DNA of 64,000 nt from Ostreococcus lucimarinus (Eukaryota). Every line of letters begins with the position of its first letter. The first letter of the stretch is position 1. Position numbers and translations under genes: made by a program. The stretch lies in the NCBI GenBank assembly GCA_000092065.1, contig CP000595.1. One strand, written 5' to 3'. The notes beneath the pieces were generated by a model. That model made no database searches. It saw only the letters and a program-made list of their open reading frames with translations, and had not been told where the DNA came from. Of this stretch, positions 24,701 to 33,766 are shown piece by piece.

Positions 24701-26742
24701 AAGATAACACTGAGTCGGTGTTATTGGTGGCGGATCCACAGATAAGATGCAATTTTGATAAGCACTTGCAGTGGAAGCCTGTTGCGTTGATTGGTTTCAT
24801 TCTCTATCCGGTTGGTTTGTTCCTTGCCGCATTTGGCTGGCTTTACGTCCATCGATCAAGCTCAAAGACGCGACCGCGCGTGCACGTCTTGGCCACGAGA
24901 GCGTCTCAGATTGAGAAGGCTCGCGCCGATCAGGTTGAACAATTCAATGCACGTTACGGTATGATGTACAACTGCCTTCGTCCACAATTTTATCTATGGA
25001 TATGTGTTGACCTAGGCAAAAAGTTTTCCATCGTTGGCGTCAAGGTTTTGTTCCCGAACGACATTTTGTTGCAATCATTCGTCTCGATGGTTGTCTTCGT
25101 AACTTTCGGGATCATGAGCACGAGGAATCCTTACGTGAGTGTGAACTTGAACGTAGCGGAAATGCTTGCGACATTCATGAACTCAATCACGCTCATCGCA
25201 GGGTTCTACTTCCAGCTTGGTATCATGGATGACGTGTCTACGCAGATCGCCACGTACGTTATCATCAGTGGTTTGGCTGGCACGACGATTGTCTTGACCG
25301 TCATCGTCGTCGTCGAGTTTTTCCCATGGATGAAGCGCTTGTTTTTCTTGCTCAAGTACAACACGCAAACCGATATTTACAAACCAGATAAAATCGGCAC
25401 GCACGAAAGTGGACCGCAAGGAACTTCGTGCTACATTTTTGCTTCAGATTCAGCGTTCAGATACTGGTGCTGGCGCACAGTTCGTCATCCAGTTTTTGAC
25501 CGTCTCATCACAGCCACCGTGATGATGAGCGTCGGTTGTCTCATTTCGGAGTCTGTCTTATACGACGAAACTTTCACGTCATCTGCGTACGTGCGCATCG
25601 TGTGGTTCAATTCGTTCATGAACGGTATCTTTGTTTTGGAAGCTGCCGTGAAAATCATTGCCATGGGTTTCATCCTTGGCGATGGCGCGTACCTGCGCGA
25701 TACTTTCAACTGCATCGACTTTTTAGTCATCATGTTGCAGTTCATTCTCTTCGCAGTGAACATCACGACGAATGTCACCGGTGCGAGAAGTGCGAGATTT
25801 GTCAAATTCGCGCGCGTGGCGAAGGTCAGAGTCATTCGCGTCTTCCGAAGATTCCTGCAGTTTAACGCCGTCCGCGGCGAGAAATTCCGTCTGATGCTAC
25901 TTGAGGCGAAGGCGGAGGACACGCCCGCGCTCAGCGAGAGCATCGAGCGACTTCGCGTGGTTTTTGAACCACGCAGTGCCGAGACGATGGAATACAACTT
26001 GCGGGTGCTACAGCCCGATGTTTTGCGCGTCGCCCAAGGACTGATTGACGAGCTTTACCAAGAAAAGTTTGATCCTGAATTGGTCGCCGTGTACGAATCT
26101 CAAACCGACGCCGTGCATCAGATGGTGCAGAAGCAATATCACGACATCGTGTACGAATGGCTCGCTTTCGTGGCAGAACCTGGGCAAAAGCGCGCATTTT
26201 TGGCCACGCTGAAGAACATCCGAGACGTCGCCCTGGATCTCGGTCCTGAGGGCATCGCCAAAGAAATGCTTCGTCAAAAGTACGACATCGCCGCCATTCT
26301 CAACACGGCGTTGTACAAGGTTCCAGCCGATGTCAAGACGGACACGCGAGCGTATAAACGAAAGATTGCGAAAGACGCCAAGTCATTCACCAGCACAAAG
26401 GCAACCATCAGCAAACAATTCAACGCCTTCCAGGCTTCCATGCAAAGTGACGACCGCGTCGAAGATGCACTCAACCAGTTGCCGCTGCACTCGGTGGAGG
26501 AAGACAGCGCTCTCGCCAAACGGCGCGCCGAGAACGCGAGCGTGCGCATTCGTAACCGCTCGCTCAATGCGAGTGCAAAAGAGAAAATCATCCAAGATGA
26601 TCTTCAACAGAAAACCTCAGGCGCGGGCGAGCTCCTCGCAGCGGCGTCTAGCGTCGTCGCTGAAGACGACGTCGCTCCCGCCGCGCCGGCACCGGTGAAA
26701 TCGTCCGGATTGTTGGCGCGTTTCCGAAAGAAAAAGACGTGA
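3688..26742 (+). CDS. Giant 7684-aa single-exon mosaic surface protein. It has a signal peptide, PSI modules, many EGF/laminin-EGF repeats, kringle, somatomedin-B, LNR-like, cadherin-like/VCBS (VNDPP, DPDGD) repeats and ephrin-receptor-like Cys repeats. These are followed by about 13 TM helices with a C-terminal voltage-sensor-like S1-S4 domain without a pore, and a coiled-coil cytoplasmic tail
   Basis: Uninterrupted 23-kb ORF. Motifs read directly include QSGCGWCHTTGRC and ACGYCSATKTC (PSI), CNGRGTCDNITRTCTCSSGYGGDGCEKMC (EGF), CRNPSSDAHPWCY...WEFCSVPTC (kringle), SCAGRCGGTAPSGCECNPTCKSRGTCCADAGHCC (SMB), DGVCDPSATLNNRDGCWDGGDCC (LNR) and CPVGSFNSANIADQQSCVQCPAGSYTSATGSTICVPCPADTY (ephrin-receptor-like). 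The S4 is SARFVKFARVAKVRVIRVFRR. The true start is probably a downstream Met (MATATAP at about 3778, or MIAIALFAALGG at about 3847), because the first 30 codons are a (GAC)n-derived poly-Arg tract. Confidence 0.85.
4729..4950 (+). other. PSI (plexin-semaphorin-integrin) domain pair within the giant protein
   Basis: CTNHCALHATCASCATDDACGYCSATKTCTK and CGECADQSGCGWCHTTGRCTAAQ. Confidence 0.6.
6028..6273 (+). other. Kringle domain within the giant protein
   Basis: CTDNIVAYTGTTNVTISGKQCQSWSSQSPFAHTY...NECRNPSSDAHPWCYVDHTAITGSYTRGEPRWEFCSVPTC fits the kringle consensus (CQxW, CRNPD...PWCY, WEYC..P.C), in frame with the 3688 ORF. Confidence 0.7.
12409..12507 (+). other. Somatomedin-B-like domain within the giant protein
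   Basis: CAGRCGGTAPSGCECNPTCKSRGTCCADAGHCC has the 8-Cys spacing and GxCC motif of SMB domains. Confidence 0.55.
15658..15729 (+). other. Notch/LNR-like Cys module within the giant protein
   Basis: CDPSATLNNRDGCWDGGDCCQDTC. The WDGGDC motif is the LNR hallmark. Confidence 0.45.
23344..23640 (+). other. Ephrin-receptor/TNFR-like Cys-rich repeats just before the TM region of the giant protein
   Basis: CDLCPVGSFNSANIADQQSCVQCPAGSYTSATGSTICVPCPADTYASTAGSQVCTPCPANTRSPSGSDDVSDCLCDIGF. Confidence 0.5.
25490..25860 (+). other. Voltage-sensor-like domain (S1-S4) at the C-terminal end of the giant protein's TM region. No S5-pore-S6 follows it
   Basis: S1 is FDRLITATVMMSVGCLISE. S2 is RIVWFNSFMNGIFVLEAAVKIIAMGF, with an acidic E. 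S3 is FNCIDFLVIMLQFILFAV, with a D. S4 is SARFVKFARVAKVRVIRVFRRF, with R or K at every third position seven times. It is followed by soluble coiled-coil sequence to the stop at 26742. Confidence 0.6.
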
Positions 26743-26890
26743 TCGTCATCAAACAAAGTTCAATTATTAATTTACCCCACTAGCGGCGCTTGGGATCACG
26801 ACATTAGCGCCTTGATCCTTGTTATAACGCACCACAGTTATACCGCGCCGACGCGCCGCACACGCCGCCTCGCTCGACGCACCCGATGGC

Positions 26891-29800
26891 GTGAATCCCG
26901 GAATGTCGCCCCCCACGCTCGACGCCGCGCTTCGTCGCAACGCACGCGAGCGCCCGAGCGCCATCGCGTGCGTCCTCGTCCCGAACGCGCGCGAGAAGAA
27001 CCGAAAGTGCTTCTTCACTTGGGACGAGTTACACGGCGTCGTCGACGCCCTCGCGCGCGTCTTGCGCGCCGACCGCCATCCGCGCGTTCTGAGCTTTTGT
27101 CGCGACGGCGTCGAGGCGTTCGTGGCGCTGCACGCGTGCGCGCGGGCGCGGAAGAGTTTGGTGAACGTGGACGCGGCGACGCCGGCGAGCAGGATTCGGG
27201 ACGTCGCGCGGGACGCGAACGCGACGACGTGTCTGTGCGCGAACGACGGCGATGAAGACTCGGTAAAATCGGTGTTAGGAGAAGACGGTGTCGCGGTGCG
27301 CGTGTGGGAGGTGATTAATGCGGGCGCGGAGGCGATCGAGGCGGAAGAGGACGAGACGCGAGAGGACGACGAAATTTGGATTGCGTACACGAGCGGGACG
27401 ACGGGAAAATGCAAGGGCGCCGCGGCGACGCATCGACGCGCGATGGCGTACGCACGGGCGAAGTGTGAGGTGGAAGAGATCGACGCGTGCTCGCGGGTGT
27501 GCTTGGCGTCGAACGCGACGTTCGATTTGTGGCACGGCGACGCGTGCGCGGCGGCGGCGGCGGGCGCCGCCGTCGTCGTCGCGTCTCGCGCGACTTTTCA
27601 ACACGATTTCGCGAGAGTGTTGCGAGAGGGCGAAGTCACGCACGTGTGTTGCACGCCGACGATGTTCTCGCTGGCGCGACTTCCGCGTGGGATCGTGGAC
27701 GCACCGAAGTTGCGATGCGTATCGCTGGCGGGGGAGCGCATGCGCGAGAGCACAATCGCACTATGGGCCGACGACGTGGCGTTGTACAACGTGTACGGTG
27801 CCACGGAAACGACTGTGGTGCAAACGTACGCAAGAATGCGCAATGCAGAAGACGAAAGCACGAATCGGGCGGGGAAAGCGTACGAAGGATTTGCCAGCGT
27901 GTTCGTCGTGGATGAAATGCGCGAAGGCGAATTGGCGGTGCAATCCTTCGCGCAGAGACGCGGCGTCGAAGGCGAAGTTGCCATCGGCGGTATTTGCGTC
28001 GCAGACGGGTATTTGAACGACCCCGAACGCACGGCACGTGCGTTCGTTCACTCACCATTCGGTACCGTCTATCTCACGGGCGATCGCGGGTACATCGATG
28101 ACGCAGGCGATTTGTATTTGCGCGGTAGACTCGATCGCCAAGTCAAGATTCGCGGTCATCGCGTCGAGTTGGATGAAATCGAAGCCGCGCTTCGTTCGTG
28201 CCCCGCACTATGCGACGACGCCGTCGTGTTCTACGATGCCAATGAGGGAGTGCTGACTTCCCACGCACGAGCAGCTTCGCCGACGTTCGACGCGTCGAGC
28301 GATGCAGATTTATACGCGTTCGCGCTCGAACGCGTCGTCGAGCTACGATTGCCGCGACACATGGTGCCTCGTCGACACGTCTTCATCGAGCACGCGCGAT
28401 GGCCTTTGACTTCGAGTGGAAAAACGAATCGTCAGATACTGCTTCAATGGTTTGCGAGCGGCGAGACGAAGGCGTTTCGACCTAAGCGTGAGAAACCGCA
28501 AGCGGGATTGGAAACAGTCGTCGCGAACGCTTGGGCTGTCGCGCTGGGGCACGGCGACGCGAGCGATATCGGCGCCCTCGACGCGTTCGATGCGCTCGGT
28601 GGAACCTCACTCAACGTTCTCGCAGTTTCAAAAGCGCTGGCGAGCGACGACGGAATCGTGCGCTCGCGCGATACCGCGCGTGGCGAAATTGTGCGCGAAG
28701 CGCGAATTGGTTTACGCGACGGCGAAGCTGCGGCGCTGCTCAACGACGGCGAAGAACCCGCGGCGTGCGCGTTCGACGTCATCGACGGCCCGTTCGCACC
28801 GTGCGAAATATTCGCGAGACCCGTGCTTCGCGATTACGTTGATTATTTGCGAGCGCAAGGTATAGACGCCGACGTGAACGCTCCCGCGTCCACCGCCGTC
28901 GAGCCACAGCGAGATACATCTGCGAATCGTCGCATGCTCGCGGCGTGCGGTCGCGGCGTCGCCCCCGTCGTTCGCGCTTTGCTCGCGACCGGCGTCGAAG
29001 CATCGGGCGAGCACCTTCGAGCCGCCGCCGCGAGCCTCGCCGACGAAGCCGTGGACGTAGTGCAAACTTTACTCGCCGCCGGTGCGGATGCAAGTTCATC
29101 ATCCGCCACAGCCGGTACGCTCGCGACGCACGTCGCCGCCGCTCGCGGGAACTCTGAAATGTTAGAAATGTTGCTCGCCGCCGGCGCTCCAGCGGGAGCG
29201 AAGGACGCGGATAAGCAAACGATTTGTCACTTAGCAGTGCGGAGCGGGGATGTGAGTACCGTGCGCGTCGCGGCAAACGCGTGTAAACACTTGAAGACAC
29301 GCAAAGGTGGCTTGGAGTCGTGGGATCGTTGGAAGCGCACGCCCGCAGCGTGGGCGCTCGTCGCGGGATCGAGTGAAATTTTAGCCGAGTTGCGAGATGC
29401 CGGGGCGAATTTAACATCGCTTGAAACTGACGTCTCCAACGCCTGGGTGCACGGTTCGCTGAGCGCAAAGAGCGAGGTGCAGTTGGCGCATCGCCCGGTT
29501 CGCAAGCGAGGTGCCGCGGCGGAGGTGTTGAGCGCGCTCGCGGCTAGATTGGACGCCGCAAACGTCGAGAGCGAACGTATTGAAGCGGCGACGGCGATTC
29601 GCGAGCTCGTGTGCGCAAACGCAGAGAATCGAGAAAAGGCGCGAACGATCGGTTTGGTGCCAAAACTGTGCGAACTCGCGCGCGATCGTCACTGCGTTGA
29701 AGCCATCGGCGCGTTGAGAAATTTAGCCACCAACACGAGCGCGGCAGGGGCGGCTGGCGACGCCGGAGCTATGGAAATCCTCGGTGATGTCATTCGCGCT

Positions 29801-29977
29801 CGTGCTAAATTAAAAGACAGCGAGCTGAGTGCTGACGATAGGCGAGTAGTGTACGCTGCGGCGAGCGCGATGCGCGCGTTGGCGGTGAAGCACGACGCGA
29901 ATGCCGCGCGATTGCGCGCGTCGAGAGACGTCGCGGACGTCGTCAGTCGATTGTGCGAAGGCATGCGATTAGAGTAG
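26891..29977 (+). CDS. NRPS-like adenylation (AMP-binding) plus carrier-protein didomain enzyme with C-terminal ankyrin and armadillo-like repeats
   Basis: IAYTSGTTGKCKG (A3 core), YLTGDRGYIDDAGDLYLRGRLDRQVKIRGHRVELDEIEAAL (A7/A8 cores), FDALGGTSLNVLAVSKAL (phosphopantetheine-site-like GGxS), then ANK repeats (THVAAARGNSEMLEMLLAAGAPAGAKDADKQTICHLAVRSGD) and an ARM-like tail. Confidence 0.75.
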   Translation: MNPGMSPPTLDAALRRNARERPSAIACVLVPNAREKNRKCFFTWDELHGVVDALARVLRADRHPRVLSFCRDGVEAFVALHACARARKSLVNVDAATPASRIRDVARDANATTCLCANDGDEDSVKSVLGEDGVAVRVWEVINAGAEAIEAEEDETREDDEIWIAYTSGTTGKCKGAAATHRRAMAYARAKCEVEEIDACSRVCLASNATFDLWHGDACAAAAAGAAVVVASRATFQHDFARVLREGEVTHVCCTPTMFSLARLPRGIVDAPKLRCVSLAGERMRESTIALWADDVALYNVYGATETTVVQTYARMRNAEDESTNRAGKAYEGFASVFVVDEMREGELAVQSFAQRRGVEGEVAIGGICVADGYLNDPERTARAFVHSPFGTVYLTGDRGYIDDAGDLYLRGRLDRQVKIRGHRVELDEIEAALRSCPALCDDAVVFYDANEGVLTSHARAASPTFDASSDADLYAFALERVVELRLPRHMVPRRHVFIEHARWPLTSSGKTNRQILLQWFASGETKAFRPKREKPQAGLETVVANAWAVALGHGDASDIGALDAFDALGGTSLNVLAVSKALASDDGIVRSRDTARGEIVREARIGLRDGEAAALLNDGEEPAACAFDVIDGPFAPCEIFARPVLRDYVDYLRAQGIDADVNAPASTAVEPQRDTSANRRMLAACGRGVAPVVRALLATGVEASGEHLRAAAASLADEAVDVVQTLLAAGADASSSSATAGTLATHVAAARGNSEMLEMLLAAGAPAGAKDADKQTICHLAVRSGDVSTVRVAANACKHLKTRKGGLESWDRWKRTPAAWALVAGSSEILAELRDAGANLTSLETDVSNAWVHGSLSAKSEVQLAHRPVRKRGAAAEVLSALAARLDAANVESERIEAATAIRELVCANAENREKARTIGLVPKLCELARDRHCVEAIGALRNLATNTSAAGAAGDAGAMEILGDVIRARAKLKDSELSADDRRVVYAAASAMRALAVKHDANAARLRASRDVADVVSRLCEGMRLE

Positions 29978-30014
29978 ATATATGTAGCGAAACTATAGCG
30001 TCTATTGAAACAAT

Positions 30015-33000
30015 TTAGCAAATTTGCGCACGCGTTTGAAGCAAGACGATGCGATCGCCCACGACGGCGCCTTCGATGTCTTGCGGCGAGCCTCGATAGC
30101 TCTCCACCGACTTGGCGATGTCGGAGATTCGTCTAATCATCGCTTCGCGCGCGAGGGAGTTCCACACGATAGACGACGCGGTGTAGTCCACCACGCGTTC
30201 TTCCGTAGGCTCGGCGGTGATGCTGTCGTAGAGACCAGCGCCGGCGAAATTTTCCAAGTCTTCACCGTTCGAGTCGCTTCTCGCGATGACGGTACCGCCG
30301 GATGGCGCAAAGTGCCCGCAGAGCTTACTCGGAAGCGAACGAAGCGTGACCTCACCCGTTGTCTTGCTCACCGTAAATCCGAGCGCACTACCAGCGTCGT
30401 TACCGACCAAAGTTTCCCCGAGACCGACGCAAATCTCACCAAAGATTTCATCCGCGTCGCCGGTGACAGGGTTGGCGGTGTGCACCACGAAGGCGAATTC
30501 GGCGTCCACGAGTTCCATGAGAAGCACGGCGACGTTGAGATCCTTGTCGTCGATGCCGCAGGATTTACGCGACAACCACGCACGCTCTGTCCATTTTGAC
30601 GCCCATACACCGCAAACGGCGTCCCAGAGTCGCGGGAGGTCGACGGATGGTGAAAGCTTCGCCGCCGCTTCGTCGAGCGCGGATTCCAAACCTTGCGGGC
30701 ACACGAGACGGGTGGCGATGATTTCTCGCGCATCCGCGAGCGCCGCACGGCGGTCTTCGGCGGTAGTCGCTGTCTCAATGGCGGCAACGGCTGCTTCGAG
30801 CGCAGTACGAGTGTCGACGTCTTCCTCGAGGGCGCGTTCAAAGGTGCCAAATGGAAGCGCGTACGATCCTGGCACGTCGACGTTCGCAATGTTCATTGCG
30901 GCGAGTTCCTTGGCCATTTCCGAAAGACTGTTGCTCTTGCCGCCGACAATATCGCTGCTGTACGCGTCAGGAGTAATCAGCCACGCGTCAGAGGGCTTGT
31001 AAGGGGCGATAGACACCTTGGTCGTCGCCTTGGCGCTCGCCGTCGTCGTCGCGTCGGAGACGTTGGCTTTATCAATCTGCACATCTTCACCCGCGATAGA
31101 GAATCGCACGTTTTCACCCGCCATCTCTAGGACTTTGTTCCAAAGTACGTCATCTGCGACGCTCGCGAGAAGCACGTTCGTGTTTCTCGCTCGAATGGCG
31201 ATGTGACTGAGCAGATCGACCGGCGCCTTGGTGACGACGGCCTTGACGCCCGCGGGAATGTCTTCCAACCCACCGAGCGTTTCGGTGAAGCAAACCATGG
31301 GAGTGGACGAAAAATCTTCGCCTTGAATCTCACTGAGCGTTTGAACTTTCGCCATCCCGGCGTACGTCTCGAGGCTGGCGTCGCCGACGCTGACAATTTG
31401 CCAAGGCGAGCGACCCGCGGCGGCTCGAACCGCCGGACGAAGCGTCGAAATCAATTGCGAGACGACAAACAGGCTGTGTGAGCGCACGTTTTCTTCCCCA
31501 AAGTTGATCAAGTACTTGGGATCAGCCTTGGTGGACTTAGACGCGATGATATCTGCAGCGTTTTGCGTAGCGCGGCACAAAAAGTCCATATCGCTCTCCA
31601 TGGCGAGAGCGCAGAAATCGAGCGCGGCGTCCATGGTCTTCGACCAGTCCGCGCCCCAGCGTTCGCCGTGACCGTCACCCATGGCGACTTGGAGAAATTT
31701 TAAGCCCTCGCCGATGCGCGTGGACTCGTTCGTCAGCGCGACGTTCGTCAAAGAAAGCTCGAGAAGCGAAAGCAAATCATCCGAGGACATTGCGCCGTAA
31801 TCGACGGCTTCCACCTTGGTTCTGAAAAACTTTTCCAACGTCGCGTCGAGCATGACGACGTCTCGGTTCGGGCTGTCGTGTTGCCAAACTCCGAGAAGCT
31901 TCTTACGAACTTCGATAATTTTCCCCGGCACCCACCACGCGTCGCGGTTTTGCAGCAAATCGTCCACCTCCCACGCCAAGTCGCCGGGCAAACCGTTTCT
32001 GGCAAAGTTCATGGCGCTGTCCACGTCCCCGCCCGAGTGCGTGGTCTTTAAAACCCACAAGTAATGTTTGAAAGAATCGATCATTTGCGGCATGTGGAAC
32101 GCGGGGCCGTGGATGCCGTCCGAGCGCCAACCCGCCTTCATACCGGCCAAATCTTCTCGCGTCAAGCCGGCGTTATCCCACAAGTGCGCCCAGAAATCGT
32201 CCCAGTTACCGGTGTGCAAAAAGTGCAGGTATGCCTCGCAAATCTTCACATCATCGGGCGTGGTGTTAGAGTGAAGCTTTTGATGCCACTGCGCGATGAA
32301 CGGATCCTCGATTCCCGGACGATGTCCCTCTTTGATGCCGTGCGTTCGCATGATGTTCAAGATGCCCATGCGAATATCGTCGCCGTTGCCTCCTCCGCGC
32401 GGTAAGAATGCGAGCGAGGCGCGCATGAGTCCGCGCGACGTGGCGTCCGGCGCCGTCGTCGCCGCGTGCGCGATGCGTCCCGCCAAGCGCTCTTGCTTGC
32501 TCGCCATGTCCTTGCCCTGGTAATTGTTCCCGGCGTACCAGTGCAACTGGCGCAGCGAGCTCAGGCGCAACCACGCGTAGACGAGCGCCGCACCCTCGGG
32601 CCCGATCGCCAACGCGGCGTCCAGGGCGTCGTCAACCATGCAAAATCGCGTGAACAAGTTCACGCTCCCACCCTCGTGCTCGGCGGCGCGTCGCGCCAAC
32701 GATTCCGCGCCCGCCGCGCCGCCGCCGCCGCCCGCCGCGGATTCTCTCACCCTCATCTCCACGTCCCCGTCCTCCGCGTGCGCCCAAAACTCTCCGCACA
32801 CGACGATCCCGACGATCGACCCAACGTTTCTCAACCCCTCGACGTCCCCTTCGCTCGCGTTCGAGCAATCCATCTCCAACGTCAGCGTCCCGCTCGCGTC
32901 GAACGCGCTCCTCGACGCGATCCCGTCCCCGAAATCCCTACTCCCCGTCCTCGCCTCCAGCCCGCGCGGCGCCTTCGCCCACGACCCATCGCCATCGACC

Positions 33001-33374
33001 GCCCGCGTCGCCCAGTGCAGTTCGACCTCGCCTCTCGCGCACCGCTCCAGGAGCGCGTCGTCCGCCGCCCGCAGCGTCGCCGTCGTCGTCCCGTTCGCGC
33101 GCGTCCGCGTCTCCACTCGCACCGCGTGCCCCCCCGCGAGCGCGTGCGTCGTCTCGCGGACCACGTCCGGGACGTCCGCCTTTTTTTCGCGCGCGCCGGC
33201 GCCTCGTCCGACGCGCGCGCGCGTCCCGGCGTCGATCGCGCCGCGCGCCGTGGATAGCGTTCCTCGCGAAGATCGCGTCGCGCGGCGCGCCGTCGCGCGG
33301 TCGATCGTCGCGCGCGCCGCGTCCGCGCGCGCGAACGTCGCGCGCGTCGCGTCGCGCGCGAGAGAGACGCGCAT
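30015..33374 (-). CDS. GWD: Alpha-glucan water dikinase (GWD/PWD family starch phosphorylating enzyme) with an N-terminal transit-peptide-like region
   Basis: Phosphohistidine motif LLSHIAIRARNTNVLLASV. The C-terminus SPQDIEGAVVGDRIVLLQTRAQI matches the GWD SPQDIEG...VVQTRPQ end. The 1119-aa ORF has an R/A/T/S-rich N-terminus. Confidence 0.85.
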   Translation of the reverse strand: MRVSLARDATRATFARADAARATIDRATARRATRSSRGTLSTARGAIDAGTRARVGRGAGAREKKADVPDVVRETTHALAGGHAVRVETRTRANGTTTATLRAADDALLERCARGEVELHWATRAVDGDGSWAKAPRGLEARTGSRDFGDGIASRSAFDASGTLTLEMDCSNASEGDVEGLRNVGSIVGIVVCGEFWAHAEDGDVEMRVRESAAGGGGGAAGAESLARRAAEHEGGSVNLFTRFCMVDDALDAALAIGPEGAALVYAWLRLSSLRQLHWYAGNNYQGKDMASKQERLAGRIAHAATTAPDATSRGLMRASLAFLPRGGGNGDDIRMGILNIMRTHGIKEGHRPGIEDPFIAQWHQKLHSNTTPDDVKICEAYLHFLHTGNWDDFWAHLWDNAGLTREDLAGMKAGWRSDGIHGPAFHMPQMIDSFKHYLWVLKTTHSGGDVDSAMNFARNGLPGDLAWEVDDLLQNRDAWWVPGKIIEVRKKLLGVWQHDSPNRDVVMLDATLEKFFRTKVEAVDYGAMSSDDLLSLLELSLTNVALTNESTRIGEGLKFLQVAMGDGHGERWGADWSKTMDAALDFCALAMESDMDFLCRATQNAADIIASKSTKADPKYLINFGEENVRSHSLFVVSQLISTLRPAVRAAAGRSPWQIVSVGDASLETYAGMAKVQTLSEIQGEDFSSTPMVCFTETLGGLEDIPAGVKAVVTKAPVDLLSHIAIRARNTNVLLASVADDVLWNKVLEMAGENVRFSIAGEDVQIDKANVSDATTTASAKATTKVSIAPYKPSDAWLITPDAYSSDIVGGKSNSLSEMAKELAAMNIANVDVPGSYALPFGTFERALEEDVDTRTALEAAVAAIETATTAEDRRAALADAREIIATRLVCPQGLESALDEAAAKLSPSVDLPRLWDAVCGVWASKWTERAWLSRKSCGIDDKDLNVAVLLMELVDAEFAFVVHTANPVTGDADEIFGEICVGLGETLVGNDAGSALGFTVSKTTGEVTLRSLPSKLCGHFAPSGGTVIARSDSNGEDLENFAGAGLYDSITAEPTEERVVDYTASSIVWNSLAREAMIRRISDIAKSVESYRGSPQDIEGAVVGDRIVLLQTRAQIC

Positions 33375-33516
33375 CGCGCGCGCGCGCGTCGTCGGTCGCG
33401 GTGTGACGATTCGCTTCGACGAATCGAATCGTCAGAGCGCGACGCCGCGCCGCGCGGACGCGTCGACGCGCGGCGCGACGCGACGGCGACGCGCGCGGTC
33501 CTCCGCGGCGTTTCGC

Positions 33517-33726
33517 ATGTGCGGCGCGTGCCGCGCGCGGCGCGCGAGCGCGAGAGAGACGACGACGCGCGCGGAATTCTGCGCGCCGTGTCGCGACGGC
33601 GCGAGAGCGACGACGACGCGCGCGACGCGCGTCGCGGACGGGGCGTCGTTCGACGTCGTCGTGTGCGGCGCGGGCGCGGCGGGGACGTCGTTCGCGCGGA
33701 CGTACCTGGAGACGACGGCGCGGGGT

Positions 33727-33766
<40 letters not shown>

